Assembly (NCBI GenBank): GCA_965218425.1
Contig: OZ244621.1
Span: forward strand, 3,552,001-3,616,000
Length of the DNA stretch: 64,000 nt
Source: an uncultured Candidatus Binatia bacterium
GTDB taxonomy: Bacteria > Desulfobacterota > Binatia > UBA9968 > CAXXLF01
Direction of reading: 5' to 3'
Position numbers and translations under genes: made by a program. Position 1 is the first letter of the stretch. Each line of letters starts with the position of its first letter. Below the pieces are notes generated by a model that saw only the letters and a list, made by a program, of their open reading frames with translations, ran no database searches and was not told the DNA's origin. Of this stretch, positions 10,081 to 20,305 are shown piece after piece.

Positions 10081-11217
10081 ATGGAAGCGGAAAAACTGCA
10101 AGAACTACCAAAGATACAGCGGCAGAGCCCCTACCACGAGTGGCAGGCAGGAGAGGGCATCCCCATTGTAACCGGATTGTGTATCAATGACCTGAACGAA
10201 GTGGAGCTCAAACCCTGGGCGCGTACGGGAGGGTTGGGGGCGTTCGTGGATTTGGGTAATCGACCTGGTTTTGAGAGGGGTTCTTATTTAGGAGAGATTC
10301 CTGCTGGAGGAGAGCTCAAGCCGCAGAGACATATGTATGAGGAAGTGATTTACATTGTCAGCGGAAGGGGCGCCACCACCATCTGGACTGACGGACAACC
10401 CAGGCGAACGGTGGAGTGGCAGGAAGGGAGTTTCCTCGCCATCCCGCTCAACGTATGGCACCAGCACTTTTGCGGTGAGAAGGACCGCCCGGCTCGCTAC
10501 CTGGGTCGTACCAATGCGCCGGCCATGATGGGGATGTTTCACAACGACAAATTCATCTTCGATAATCCTTTTGTCTTCGATGACCGCTTCAACGGCCAGG
10601 AGGAGTTCTATAGCGGCGATGGGAAACTCTACCAGAAGCGGATCTGGGAGACCAACTTCGTTCCAGACGCCCGCAGCTTCAAACTCTACGAATGGAAGGA
10701 ACGCGGAGCGGGTGGGACCAACGTAATGTTTGAAATGGCCGATGCCCAGTTGGCTTGCCATATCTCTCAGTTTCCTATTGGAACCTATAAGAAAGCTCAC
10801 GTGCACAGCCGGGGGCTTGACAAGGGGGGAGGGGCCAACCTGGTTATTCTAGATGGAGAGGGGTACACTCTCGTGTGGCGGCCGGAAGATAAGGAAAAAC
10901 GACGCCTGGACTGGAAGACAAACAGCGTTGTGGTGGCCCCCAGCTCATGGTTCCACCAGCACTTCAACACGGGTTCCACGCCAGCCCGTTACCTGGCGCT
11001 CCGCGGAGGGACAGGCGATCGATATTGGAACGGGATGGAACGGATTGCCGACGTCAACGAAAAGGAAGGCGGATGTCAGATCGAATACGAAAATGAAGAC
11101 CCTGAAGTTCACAAGTACTTCGAACAGCAGCTTCAGCGACATGGCACCACCTGCCGTATGAAGGGCCTGAGTCCCTACTGCACCGGCGAGGCTCCCATAG
11201 CCAAGAGAGGAACCTGA
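10081..11217 (+). CDS. Bicupin protein (gentisate dioxygenase-like fold), paralog 1
   Basis: RHMYEEVIYIVSGRG...WHQH and YKKAHVH...WFHQHFN cupin motifs. Confidence 0.85.
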   Translation: MEAEKLQELPKIQRQSPYHEWQAGEGIPIVTGLCINDLNEVELKPWARTGGLGAFVDLGNRPGFERGSYLGEIPAGGELKPQRHMYEEVIYIVSGRGATTIWTDGQPRRTVEWQEGSFLAIPLNVWHQHFCGEKDRPARYLGRTNAPAMMGMFHNDKFIFDNPFVFDDRFNGQEEFYSGDGKLYQKRIWETNFVPDARSFKLYEWKERGAGGTNVMFEMADAQLACHISQFPIGTYKKAHVHSRGLDKGGGANLVILDGEGYTLVWRPEDKEKRRLDWKTNSVVVAPSSWFHQHFNTGSTPARYLALRGGTGDRYWNGMERIADVNEKEGGCQIEYENEDPEVHKYFEQQLQRHGTTCRMKGLSPYCTGEAPIAKRGT

Positions 11218-11227
11218 GGAGATATTT

Positions 11228-12379
11228 ATGGCACAAGGCGGTCAAGCAGCCAAAGCAACGGAGGATACTGCGGCTCTGAGTCTCTCTAGCAGGGGCTCGG
11301 CCTATGAGAGATGGGTGGAGTCCACCGGCGTCCCGACCCACAAGGGCTATTACGTGAAGGACCTGCGGACTCTGGAATTAGGCTGGTGGGAGGAGCGGCA
11401 ATGCAACGCAAGTTTTTTACTGTTGGCTGGTCAGGAAGGCGTGACCGAGGCCCGTGTCACGGAGATTCCTCCCGGGAAGACATTGCCGCCGATTCGGTTT
11501 GCCCTGGATGAGATCGTGTATGTGGCGGACGGGCGAGGGTTGACTACGGTGTGGGGGAAGGAAGGAGGCCCAAAGAAAACATTCGAATGGCAGAAGCACA
11601 GCCTGTTTATGATTCCCCGCAACCATTTCCATCAGCTCAGTAATGCCCAGGGCTACCAGGGGGCTAGGCTGATGCATTACAACTACTTGCCCATCGCCAT
11701 GTCCATCGTCCCGGACCCGGACTTTTTCTTCAACAATTCGTATATCAGGTCGGATATTTTGGAGGGTCAAGAGGGGGAGTTCTATTCTGAGGCAAAGGAA
11801 ATCAAATTGGCCGCAAACGGCTCCGAGGCTCGCTCGGTCCAGTGGTTGGGAAATTTTTTTCCTGATATGAGGGCCTGGGATAAAATCAAACCCTATAGGG
11901 AGCGGGGAGCGGGCGGACATCGAGTGCAGGTCCGGTTCCCCAGATCTGAGATGTGGAGTCACATGTCGGTCTTCCCCTCCAAGACCTATAAGAAGGGTCA
12001 CAGGCATGGGCCCGGTGTGGTGATCATCATTCCCGCGGGCGAAGGGTATTCCATCATGTGGCCCGAAGGCGGCGAGAAGGTCGTCATCCCCTGGCATGAG
12101 GCCAGTGTCTTTGTTCCACCCAATCGGTGGTTCCACCAGCATTTCAATGTGGGGCCGACTCCTGCCAGATACCTAGCCTCCCACGCCCCCCGTGGAACCT
12201 CCGGGAGGAGCGAGCGGGTGGAGGACCGCCAGCGAGATCAAATCGAGTATCCCGCCGAGGATCCTTGGATCAGACAGAAGTTTGAAAAGGAGCTCGGCAA
12301 AAGGGGGCTCAAGTCCTTGATGCCCGATGAGTGCTACAAGGATCCGAACTACGAGTTCCAATATGAAGAGGATAAGTAA
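11228..12379 (+). CDS. Bicupin protein, paralog 2
   Basis: DEIVYVADGRG; YKKGHRHGPG...WFHQHFN; collinear with paralog 1. Confidence 0.85.
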   Translation: MAQGGQAAKATEDTAALSLSSRGSAYERWVESTGVPTHKGYYVKDLRTLELGWWEERQCNASFLLLAGQEGVTEARVTEIPPGKTLPPIRFALDEIVYVADGRGLTTVWGKEGGPKKTFEWQKHSLFMIPRNHFHQLSNAQGYQGARLMHYNYLPIAMSIVPDPDFFFNNSYIRSDILEGQEGEFYSEAKEIKLAANGSEARSVQWLGNFFPDMRAWDKIKPYRERGAGGHRVQVRFPRSEMWSHMSVFPSKTYKKGHRHGPGVVIIIPAGEGYSIMWPEGGEKVVIPWHEASVFVPPNRWFHQHFNVGPTPARYLASHAPRGTSGRSERVEDRQRDQIEYPAEDPWIRQKFEKELGKRGLKSLMPDECYKDPNYEFQYEEDK

Positions 12380-12436
12380 AGGCGGTAAATCGAGATAAGG
12401 GGTTGCGGTTAAGAATCAAAGAAGGCGGCGAACACT

Positions 12437-13531
12437 ATAGCTACACAGCAAAAGCAAGATCTGTGGACCATTACACCGTTTGAAAAGTGGGTGGAAGAAG
12501 AGGGAATTCCCGTTATCACTCAGCAGTACGTCTATGACGTGGCTGAGGTGAAATTAGGACCGTGGAAGCGAACCGGTTGTTATGGTGCCATCCTGGACCT
12601 GGAGGCGGACCCCATTTCAGGGGCACTGGTAAACAGTGGCGGGCTGATCGCTTACCTGTGCGATATACCTCCGGGGGGGACATTTACGGCTGAAAAGCAT
12701 CTTTACGAAGAGATCATTTATGTGGTGAAAGGCATGGGGGGTGCCGCCATCTGGAACGAGGGAGGTAAGAAACAAACCTTTGAATGGCACGAGGGAAGCC
12801 TCTTTTCTCCTCCGCTAAACGCTTGGCACGAGATTCACAACGGCCAAGGGAGTGAGACGGCTCGGCTGCTGGTGGTAACCCATGCCCCGGGGGCCGTCAC
12901 CGTTTATCGAAGCAGGGACTTTATCTATAACAATCCCCATGTCTTCACCGAGCGCTACGGCGGAGAAACGGATTACTTCAATCCGAAGGGCAAGAAACTC
13001 GAATCTAGATTTCTAGAAACCAACTTTGTGCCGGATGTGAGAAGTCTAGAGCTGGATACATGGACCAATCGAGGATCTGGCGCCAACATGATGTTTCTCA
13101 TGTCCGATGGAGGCCTCATGGCCCATGTGTCGGAGTTTCCTCCAGGCACCTATAAAAAGGGTCACAGCCATCACGGGAGCGGTTTTCGCGGCAAGGCCCA
13201 TATATTGATTATTAGCGGCAGCGGTTATGATCTCCAATGGCCCCCCGATGAACCGGAGAAACGGGAGAAGATCAACTTCAAAGAGGGAACCGTATTCACC
13301 GCGGGTCGCGGATACCATCAACACTTTAACACTTCCAACAAAAACGCCCGCTACCTGGCATTTAGAACTGGCAATCCCAGATACTCGGGCATCATGGGAA
13401 CAAGGTACAAGGATACGGGCGGAGACCAGATCGATTATAAAGACGAGGATCCGGCCATCCGGGCACTGTTCATGGAGGAGCTAAAGAAAGCAGGAATCCC
13501 TTTCGCCATTCCCCAAGAGGGCTTCAGGTAA
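12437..13531 (+). CDS. Bicupin protein, paralog 3 (start uncertain: ATA 12437 or GTG 12491)
   Basis: KHLYEEIIYV; YKKGHSH...YHQHFN; conserved TPFEKW segment lies upstream of the tracked GTG. Confidence 0.82.
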   Translation: MATQQKQDLWTITPFEKWVEEEGIPVITQQYVYDVAEVKLGPWKRTGCYGAILDLEADPISGALVNSGGLIAYLCDIPPGGTFTAEKHLYEEIIYVVKGMGGAAIWNEGGKKQTFEWHEGSLFSPPLNAWHEIHNGQGSETARLLVVTHAPGAVTVYRSRDFIYNNPHVFTERYGGETDYFNPKGKKLESRFLETNFVPDVRSLELDTWTNRGSGANMMFLMSDGGLMAHVSEFPPGTYKKGHSHHGSGFRGKAHILIISGSGYDLQWPPDEPEKREKINFKEGTVFTAGRGYHQHFNTSNKNARYLAFRTGNPRYSGIMGTRYKDTGGDQIDYKDEDPAIRALFMEELKKAGIPFAIPQEGFR

Positions 13532-13668
13532 CAGACCTCCTGAATTTATGGCTCGCAATGTTCCTGCTCCGGAGCTGGGGTGATCAACGTGGAATCCATT
13601 TGCAAGAAAATTACTGAGGAAGCGATGTGCGGAGAATGGGGTCTCAAATTTCCAACGGAGGATATTAG

Positions 13669-14430
13669 ATGACGCGATTACAGGACCGAGTTGCCGTAGT
13701 CACTGGGGCCGCCACCGGGCTGGGAAGAGTGTATGCCCTGCGCCTAGCTTACGAGGGCGCCCATGTTTGCGTGGCGGACATAAATTTGGAAGGAGTGGAA
13801 AAGACCGCCAATTTGATTCGAGAAACCGGGAGGGATGCGCTAGCCCTCAAAATGGACGTGACCTCCGAAGAGGAAACCGTCCAGGGCGCAAAGGCCGCCT
13901 TCGATCACTTCAAAAAAATCCATATCCTTGTGAACAATGCAGGAATAGTGCGGAACGTTCCTCGAATACCTCTCCAGGATCTAACCCTCTCCGAGTGGAA
14001 CAGGATTATCAATGTTAACTTGACCGGAACTTTCCTTGCCAGCAAGGCTTTTGCTCCTTACTTGATTCAGACCGGAAAGGGGAAGGTGATTAACATCAGC
14101 TCTGGGGTGGCGCTGCACGGCACGGCCCTTAGGCAAGACTATGTGGCCTCCAAGGCCGGCGTCATCGGTTTTACCCGCGCCCTTGCCGTGGATCTTGGTC
14201 CACATAATATCAATGTCAATGTGGTGACCCCGGCAGGCGTGGATGCATCCGAGGCAAGGGGGGAGGCACCCAGGCCGCTGCCTCCCAATAGCCTGAGGGG
14301 GCGCTACATTCAAAAGGATCTCCTTCCCAAAGATCTGGAGGGAGTCATTGCCTTCTTAGCTTCGGATGACAGTGACATGATCACAGGGCAGGTGATCAAC
14401 GTAGATGGTGGCAGAGTGTTCGTGGGTTGA
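13669..14430 (+). CDS. SDR family NAD(P)-dependent oxidoreductase
   Basis: TGAATGLG, NNAG, NISS, YVASK, ITGQVINVDGG. Confidence 0.93.
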   Translation: MTRLQDRVAVVTGAATGLGRVYALRLAYEGAHVCVADINLEGVEKTANLIRETGRDALALKMDVTSEEETVQGAKAAFDHFKKIHILVNNAGIVRNVPRIPLQDLTLSEWNRIINVNLTGTFLASKAFAPYLIQTGKGKVINISSGVALHGTALRQDYVASKAGVIGFTRALAVDLGPHNINVNVVTPAGVDASEARGEAPRPLPPNSLRGRYIQKDLLPKDLEGVIAFLASDDSDMITGQVINVDGGRVFVG

Positions 14431-14466
14431 TCCCTAGGGACTGGTTAATAGCGAAAGGAGATACGC

Positions 14467-15540
14467 ATGATGGAATTTATCGATGCTGATGGACATGTAG
14501 AAGAGTCGACAGCGATGTTTTCTCTCTTGGAAAAAGAGTTCTACCCCCGTAGGCCTTTGCCTCTGGGATTTGAGCAAGATACGGTTTATGGCCCCAATAA
14601 TGCGGTTTGGTATCTTGACGGCAGGACCTATCCGAAACTCGTGGGCCAGGGAGGCTTTCGCTTTGCTACTCCGACGATCATGGAGCAGGCAAAGCGTAAG
14701 TCGGCATCCATCCCGGCGCAGGAGCTGACCGATGTGCAGGGCAGGCTGAGAGATTTTGATCGTGCCGGGATTCACAAGCAGGTTGTATACCCCACGATGT
14801 TCCTGGTCACCACCACCGACGATGTGAAGTTGGAAGCTGCCCTTTTTCGAGCTTACAACAACTTCATGGCCGACGCCTGTGGCCAATCTGGAGGAAGAAT
14901 CCGATTCGCCGCTCTGGTTCCCATCAGGGATGTGGAAGAATCCGTAAAGGAGCTACGTAGGGCCAAAGGTCTGGGAGCGGTTTCTGTGATGCTTTTGGGG
15001 GTGGCGTGGGACAAGAGCCTGGGGGATGAGGCCCTGCATCCCTTCTACGAGGAGGCTGCGCGCTTGGATATGCCGGTTTGCGTCCATTTCGGTTGGGGGT
15101 GCCCGGCCATCACAGGTGCGTTCAACTCCAACGAGAGTTTCAACAGCGCTATTCTGCCGGTGGTTATGGGATTTCATAGTATATTAAAGTCCGGCGTGTT
15201 AGAGGAATTCCCAAAGCTCAAGTTTGCCTTTTTAGAGGCGGGTTCCCAATGGGTGCCTTACGTGGTGCATCAGCTCAGGAGAGGCAACAAAGTGAGTCGA
15301 GACCCCGCTGACTACTTCCGTGAAGGCAGGGTTTATGTGGCGTGTGAGGCGGATGAGGACATTGAGAGCGTAATTAAAAGTACCGGCGAGGACTCGCTGG
15401 TGGTGGCCTCGGACTATCCTCATTCCGATCCTTCCCACGAGGACAACGTGGTGGAGGCGATCATGAGGAGAGAGGATCTGTCCTTGGGAGCGAAAGAAAA
15501 GATTCTTGCCGCAAATCCCCAGAGGTTGTATCAAATTTAA
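14467..15540 (+). CDS. Amidohydrolase_2 family protein (ACMSD/LigW-like hydrolase or decarboxylase)
   Basis: IDADGHVEE, QVVYPT, AYNNF, PVCVH, FLEAG, ASDYPHSD. Confidence 0.9.
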   Translation: MMEFIDADGHVEESTAMFSLLEKEFYPRRPLPLGFEQDTVYGPNNAVWYLDGRTYPKLVGQGGFRFATPTIMEQAKRKSASIPAQELTDVQGRLRDFDRAGIHKQVVYPTMFLVTTTDDVKLEAALFRAYNNFMADACGQSGGRIRFAALVPIRDVEESVKELRRAKGLGAVSVMLLGVAWDKSLGDEALHPFYEEAARLDMPVCVHFGWGCPAITGAFNSNESFNSAILPVVMGFHSILKSGVLEEFPKLKFAFLEAGSQWVPYVVHQLRRGNKVSRDPADYFREGRVYVACEADEDIESVIKSTGEDSLVVASDYPHSDPSHEDNVVEAIMRREDLSLGAKEKILAANPQRLYQI

Positions 15541-15606
15541 GTTTTGACGGAGTATGATCCATTGCGGTCTGCACGACACAATTCAATTTCCAACATAGGA
15601 GTGTTT

Positions 15607-16776
15607 ATGAAAATCCGTTCCGCTTTCTTTTCAGTTTTCCCGGTTAAACCAACGACAGGCAGGGCCCTTCCCTTAGCGTTTGGGCTAATGGCCATGCAGG
15701 TCCTTATGGGATTAATAGGGCCGGCTGCTCACGGGTCATGGAAAGAAGAGTGGGATAAAACGGTCGCTGCGGCTAAAAAAGAAGGGATGGTCAGAGTTTA
15801 CATTAGCGGCTATGACAGGATTTTGCCTATATTCGAGAAGGAATTTGGCATTAAAGCCATCGGGGTGACGGGCCGAGGACATCAACTCCTACAGCGCATC
15901 ATAACCGAGAAGAGGGCAAGAAAAAATATTGCGGACGTTTTCAATGCCGGAGTCCCTGTGCCCTATCCTCTGTACTATCGTGCCACCAAGGGTTTGGTTC
16001 CCATCCGCGCCGCTCTTATTTTGCCTGAAGTCAAGGACAAGTCGAAGTGGTGGATGGGAAGGCATATCTATGCTGACCCAGGGCGAGAGCTGGTATTTAT
16101 CTATGTGGGAGTCATTCAGGCAGGTTCGATCTCATATAATACCAATCTTGTGGACCCAAAAGAATTCAGCTCATTCTGGGACTTTCTTAAACCTAAATGG
16201 AAAGGGAAAATAGAGGCCAGAGATGTCAGGGTTCCTGGACCTGGCAGTGGGGCCATGCGGTTCTTTTACCACAACCCGGAGCTTGGGCCTAAATTTATTA
16301 AGCAGCTGTTCGGCGAGACTGACATCAAGCTTTTTCGAAGCTTCCGCCAAGGCCCTGACTGGCTGGCCAAGGGGCGGTATGCCATATGCTTTTTTTGCTC
16401 CGGTATTACCCCCATGATCCGCCAGGGTCTTCCTGTGAATGAATTTGGCCCGACTATGAAAGAGGGAGCCGGAATTGTCTCCCACTTCGGCGGTCTTGGC
16501 TTGGTCAAGGACGCGCCCCATCCAAACGCTGCGAAGGTTTTTGTCAACTGGTTCCTCTCCCGCAAGGGACAACTTGCGTTGCAGAACGTCATGGCTGAAG
16601 CCGATACACCCGTCGACTCGCTGAGGATTGACATCCCCAAAGACATGATTCCACCGATTGAGCGCCGACAAGAAGGAGCCAAGTACATTGTTCTCGATGC
16701 CCTCCCCGGTTCCCTCGACATGAAACCCATTCTCGATACCATGATACAGGCGGTCAGGCAGCGCAAAAACAGGTGA
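15607..16776 (+). CDS. ABC substrate-binding protein (FbpA/PotD-like class)
   Basis: Signal peptide, WDKTVAAAKKEG, YNTNLV, PKWKGKI, APHPNAAKVFVNWFLS. Confidence 0.88.
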   Translation: MKIRSAFFSVFPVKPTTGRALPLAFGLMAMQVLMGLIGPAAHGSWKEEWDKTVAAAKKEGMVRVYISGYDRILPIFEKEFGIKAIGVTGRGHQLLQRIITEKRARKNIADVFNAGVPVPYPLYYRATKGLVPIRAALILPEVKDKSKWWMGRHIYADPGRELVFIYVGVIQAGSISYNTNLVDPKEFSSFWDFLKPKWKGKIEARDVRVPGPGSGAMRFFYHNPELGPKFIKQLFGETDIKLFRSFRQGPDWLAKGRYAICFFCSGITPMIRQGLPVNEFGPTMKEGAGIVSHFGGLGLVKDAPHPNAAKVFVNWFLSRKGQLALQNVMAEADTPVDSLRIDIPKDMIPPIERRQEGAKYIVLDALPGSLDMKPILDTMIQAVRQRKNR

Positions 16777-16832
16777 GAAGGAACAACCATAGCAAGGAGA
16801 ATGTCAGATAAAACAGCCCTAGAGGTGTAACA

Positions 16833-18038
16833 ATGGCGACGCACGAAGCTGATATATTGACTTGTACCGATCCGGGCACTCCTTGCGGTGAACTCATGCG
16901 CCGGTATTGGCAGCCCACGGCTCTTTCAGAGGAGTTGCCGCCGGGTGGTGCCCCCGTCCCCGTCAGGTTGTTAGGAGAAGATCTGGTTGCCTTCAGGGAC
17001 GATCAGGGTCGCCCCGGTTTGTTAGGTCTTCACTGTTCTCACCGCGGAGCCGATTTGAGTTACGGACGGGTGGAGGACGGTGGGTTGAGGTGTATCTACC
17101 ACGGCTGGCTCTATGACATTCACGGAAAGTGCCTCGACCAACCGGGTGAGCCTGGCGGCGGTGAGCACAGGGGATCCATCCGTCATCCCGCATATCCCTG
17201 CGTGGAAAAGGCAGGAGTTGTCTTTGCCTATCTGGGCCCAGGAGAACCACCGCTGCTTCCCAACTACGAGTTTCTTGCGGTGCCTGCGGATCATGTGTTT
17301 GCGATCAAGCTGTTCAACGATTCGAATTATCTCCAAGGCAATGAGGGTAACATCGACCCGGTGCACCTGTCGTTTTTGCATCGAAAGATCAACGCCGGAG
17401 ACCTTACGGAAAGAGATCTTGCCCCTAAAATTGAGGTGGAGATTACGGATTTCGGAGTTCGAATTTATACGGTTCGTAAGGCAGATGCAGAGAAATCCTA
17501 TCTGAGAGTCTCGAATTTTATCTATCCTAATCTGAGTAGCTTCCCTGGTGGAGTAGGGCGAAACGGCTATAGTGTCAACTGGCATGTGGCCATAGACGAT
17601 ACCCATCACTGGAAATATACATTTACCTTCGATAGGGATAACCCCCTGGACAAAGAGGTGACCCGAAGGGGTCGTAGTGATATGACGCCTGACTATAAAC
17701 CGCTCCGTAATAAATCCAATCGATACCTTCAAGACAGGGAATCCATGAAGGACGAGAGTTACACCGGCATCGGGTTTGTCTTTCAAGCCCATGACCTCTG
17801 TGTCGTGGAGGGCGCAGGTGCGATCGAGGACAGAACGAAAGAACACCTGACTTCTTCCGATATGGCTATCGTAGCCTCACGCAAGCTCCTTTTGAAAGGA
17901 ATTCAAGACGTGCAGGAAGGACGGGATGCGCCTCACGTGGTCCGGGATCCGAAGAAAAATAATTTTTTGCATCTCATTACTCGGGGTGATGTCATCCCAA
18001 GCTCAACCGACTATAAAGAGTACGTCGCACAGCTCTAA
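16833..18038 (+). CDS. Rieske non-heme iron oxygenase alpha subunit (phthalate 4,5-dioxygenase/LigXa-like)
   Basis: CSHRG...CIYHGW; EGNIDPVHLSFLH; EHLTSSD. Confidence 0.92.
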   Translation: MATHEADILTCTDPGTPCGELMRRYWQPTALSEELPPGGAPVPVRLLGEDLVAFRDDQGRPGLLGLHCSHRGADLSYGRVEDGGLRCIYHGWLYDIHGKCLDQPGEPGGGEHRGSIRHPAYPCVEKAGVVFAYLGPGEPPLLPNYEFLAVPADHVFAIKLFNDSNYLQGNEGNIDPVHLSFLHRKINAGDLTERDLAPKIEVEITDFGVRIYTVRKADAEKSYLRVSNFIYPNLSSFPGGVGRNGYSVNWHVAIDDTHHWKYTFTFDRDNPLDKEVTRRGRSDMTPDYKPLRNKSNRYLQDRESMKDESYTGIGFVFQAHDLCVVEGAGAIEDRTKEHLTSSDMAIVASRKLLLKGIQDVQEGRDAPHVVRDPKKNNFLHLITRGDVIPSSTDYKEYVAQL

Positions 18039-18141
18039 ATCCGGCTTATGGACTTGAATCCGGCGCTTTTGGCGGCTGGTCCTCGGAGCCTTTTTCGAGA
18101 TCGACTTTTCCTCCCTCCCGGGAAAACCAAGGTGGGTGAAT

Positions 18142-19182
18142 ATGGCTTTGGTTCTGACCGATAAAGAGATTTCCGGCCTCGTTTCCATGCAGGAATATAT
18201 TCAGGCCATGGAGAATGCCTATCTGGACTTTGGAAACGACACCGCAGCAATCCGACCCAGACAACGCTACCAGGTGGCCCTGGATGAAGACAAGTTTCAT
18301 ATGACCAATATTATAGGCGGCGCAGTGCCTCGCTACGGGGTCTCTGCGGTTCGCCTCAATTCCTGGCCGCGCAGAAAAAAATTCTCTGCTGAGGCTAAGA
18401 CCGTAACCGGCCCCGGCGGCTGGGGATTTATTGTTCTGTTTGATCTGGAATCCGGGAAGCTACTGGGAATGCTCATGGACGGTATTATCTCGGATTTGAG
18501 GGTGGGTGCCACCACGGGGATCGCCATAAAAAGGCTTGCCAGGGCAAATGCCGTTTCCATCGGCGTCATAGGGAGTGGAAGACAGGCGAAAGCTAATCTG
18601 GAGGCCATCTGTTTGGTTCGAAAGATTGCCCGTGCAAAGGTCTATAGCCCTAATCCTGAACATCGAGCGCAATTTGCCGATGAGATGGAGGGCCGCCTCA
18701 AAATTCCCGTTACCCCGGTTGAGAGCAGCGCTGAATGCGCGGCGGATGTGGATATCATAGGGTGCTTCACCAGTTCCGATGAACCGGTATTTGATGGGAA
18801 TCTCGTTACGGCGGGCCAGACAGTGGTGAGTATCAGAAATACGGATCACGTCAGCCGGAGCGACGAGGTGGATCAGGCGACGTTTTTGAAGAGCGAGTTG
18901 ATTGCAATAAGCGATAAATCCACTCTGCTGGATAATCGACAGGGAGAGCTATTGACGTTGATCAACAACGGAACCATCCCCTGGGAAAGGGTCGTTGAGC
19001 TTAAGGACTTGGTGTCAGGCAAGGTGCGGGGGCGCACCATAGACCAACAAATTGTCTACTACAAGAATAATACCGGCATGGGGATCCAGTTCGCCGCAGC
19101 CGGTAAGATTGTACTGGAGGCTGCCAGGGAAAAAGGCTTAGGCACAGAAATTGCGGACGAACTGTTTCAACGGGTAAGATGA
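18142..19182 (+). CDS. Ornithine cyclodeaminase/mu-crystallin family protein
   Basis: LRVGA, IGSGRQA, VYSPN, YKNNTGMGIQF. Confidence 0.9.
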   Translation: MALVLTDKEISGLVSMQEYIQAMENAYLDFGNDTAAIRPRQRYQVALDEDKFHMTNIIGGAVPRYGVSAVRLNSWPRRKKFSAEAKTVTGPGGWGFIVLFDLESGKLLGMLMDGIISDLRVGATTGIAIKRLARANAVSIGVIGSGRQAKANLEAICLVRKIARAKVYSPNPEHRAQFADEMEGRLKIPVTPVESSAECAADVDIIGCFTSSDEPVFDGNLVTAGQTVVSIRNTDHVSRSDEVDQATFLKSELIAISDKSTLLDNRQGELLTLINNGTIPWERVVELKDLVSGKVRGRTIDQQIVYYKNNTGMGIQFAAAGKIVLEAAREKGLGTEIADELFQRVR

Positions 19183-19205
19183 TCATTTTCTGAAAGGAAA
19201 TTGAA

Positions 19206-20183
19206 ATGGCTATCTACCTCTCCCACGAGGACGTAAAGGGCCTGATTCGCATGAAGGATGTGCTTCATGCGGCGGAGCAGGCGTTTAAAGACCTTGGCCA
19301 TGGTTCGGCTACCAACTTACCTCGGCAGCGTCTGGGCGTGCCCAAGGGGGTTTACCGCGTGATGTCGGGGGCAGTCCCCAGTTTGGGCGGCATGGGAAGC
19401 AAGGGAGGCTTGCATCAGTTCGCCGTTCCCCAGGGAATTCAGAAGGGCTACGACGTGAATGTCCTGTATAGCAGCGAAACTGGCGAACTGTTGGCGCTCA
19501 TCCGTACCAGCCTCATTACCGATTATCGAACCGGTGCCATGGGAGCCGTTTCGACTAAATACTTGGCTCGGTCCGATGCCAATGTGGTGGGTGTGCTGGG
19601 CTCAGGCAGACAGGCCCGAACCCAGCTTGCCGCGGTTGCCCTCGTCCGCCCCTTGAAACGAGTCCTCGTGTATAGTCCCAATCCAGAGCACAGGATCGGC
19701 TATGCCAATGAGATGAGCCGGGAGTTGGACCTTGACGTCAGTCCAACCGAGGACCCCGGATTGGTGGTGGAAGCTGCCGACGTCCTTATTGCTGCAACCA
19801 ATTCAGTGGACGCCGTCTTTGATGGGAACTGGATTCAAAAAGGAACCCATATCGTTTCGATTCGTTCCTCCCACAAGCTGGATATTGGTATCGGGACAGC
19901 GCGGCGGGAGATTGATGACAGGACAGTAGAGCGGAGCGACTTTATCGCCGTGGACTCCCTGGATCAGGCTGTGATGCAGGAGTCACCCGAGCTGATGGGA
20001 GCGATCCGACAGGGGCGGGTGGTGGAGTTAAGTGCCGTGGTTGCGGGCAAGGTTCAAGGGCGGACGGAAAAGGAACAGATAACGTTGTTCAAATCCTTTG
20101 GTATGGGCCTGCAGGATGTGGCTGCCTCAACTAAAGTATACGAACGGGCCATTGAGATGGGTAAAGGCCTGAAACTCCCCTGA
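19206..20183 (+). CDS. Ornithine cyclodeaminase/mu-crystallin family protein
   Basis: TDYRTGA, LGSGRQA, ITLFKSFGMGLQD. Confidence 0.92.
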   Translation: MAIYLSHEDVKGLIRMKDVLHAAEQAFKDLGHGSATNLPRQRLGVPKGVYRVMSGAVPSLGGMGSKGGLHQFAVPQGIQKGYDVNVLYSSETGELLALIRTSLITDYRTGAMGAVSTKYLARSDANVVGVLGSGRQARTQLAAVALVRPLKRVLVYSPNPEHRIGYANEMSRELDLDVSPTEDPGLVVEAADVLIAATNSVDAVFDGNWIQKGTHIVSIRSSHKLDIGIGTARREIDDRTVERSDFIAVDSLDQAVMQESPELMGAIRQGRVVELSAVVAGKVQGRTEKEQITLFKSFGMGLQDVAASTKVYERAIEMGKGLKLP

Positions 20184-20305
20184 GCTCAAGTCCATATATT
20201 AACCTGGCTGAGGTTTACGTTAACGCGTGGTGAAACTAAAAAATCATCAACGAGGAATTCGAAAAAACGAATCAAAGAATTTCCAACGGTTACACGGAGG
20301 CGAAT

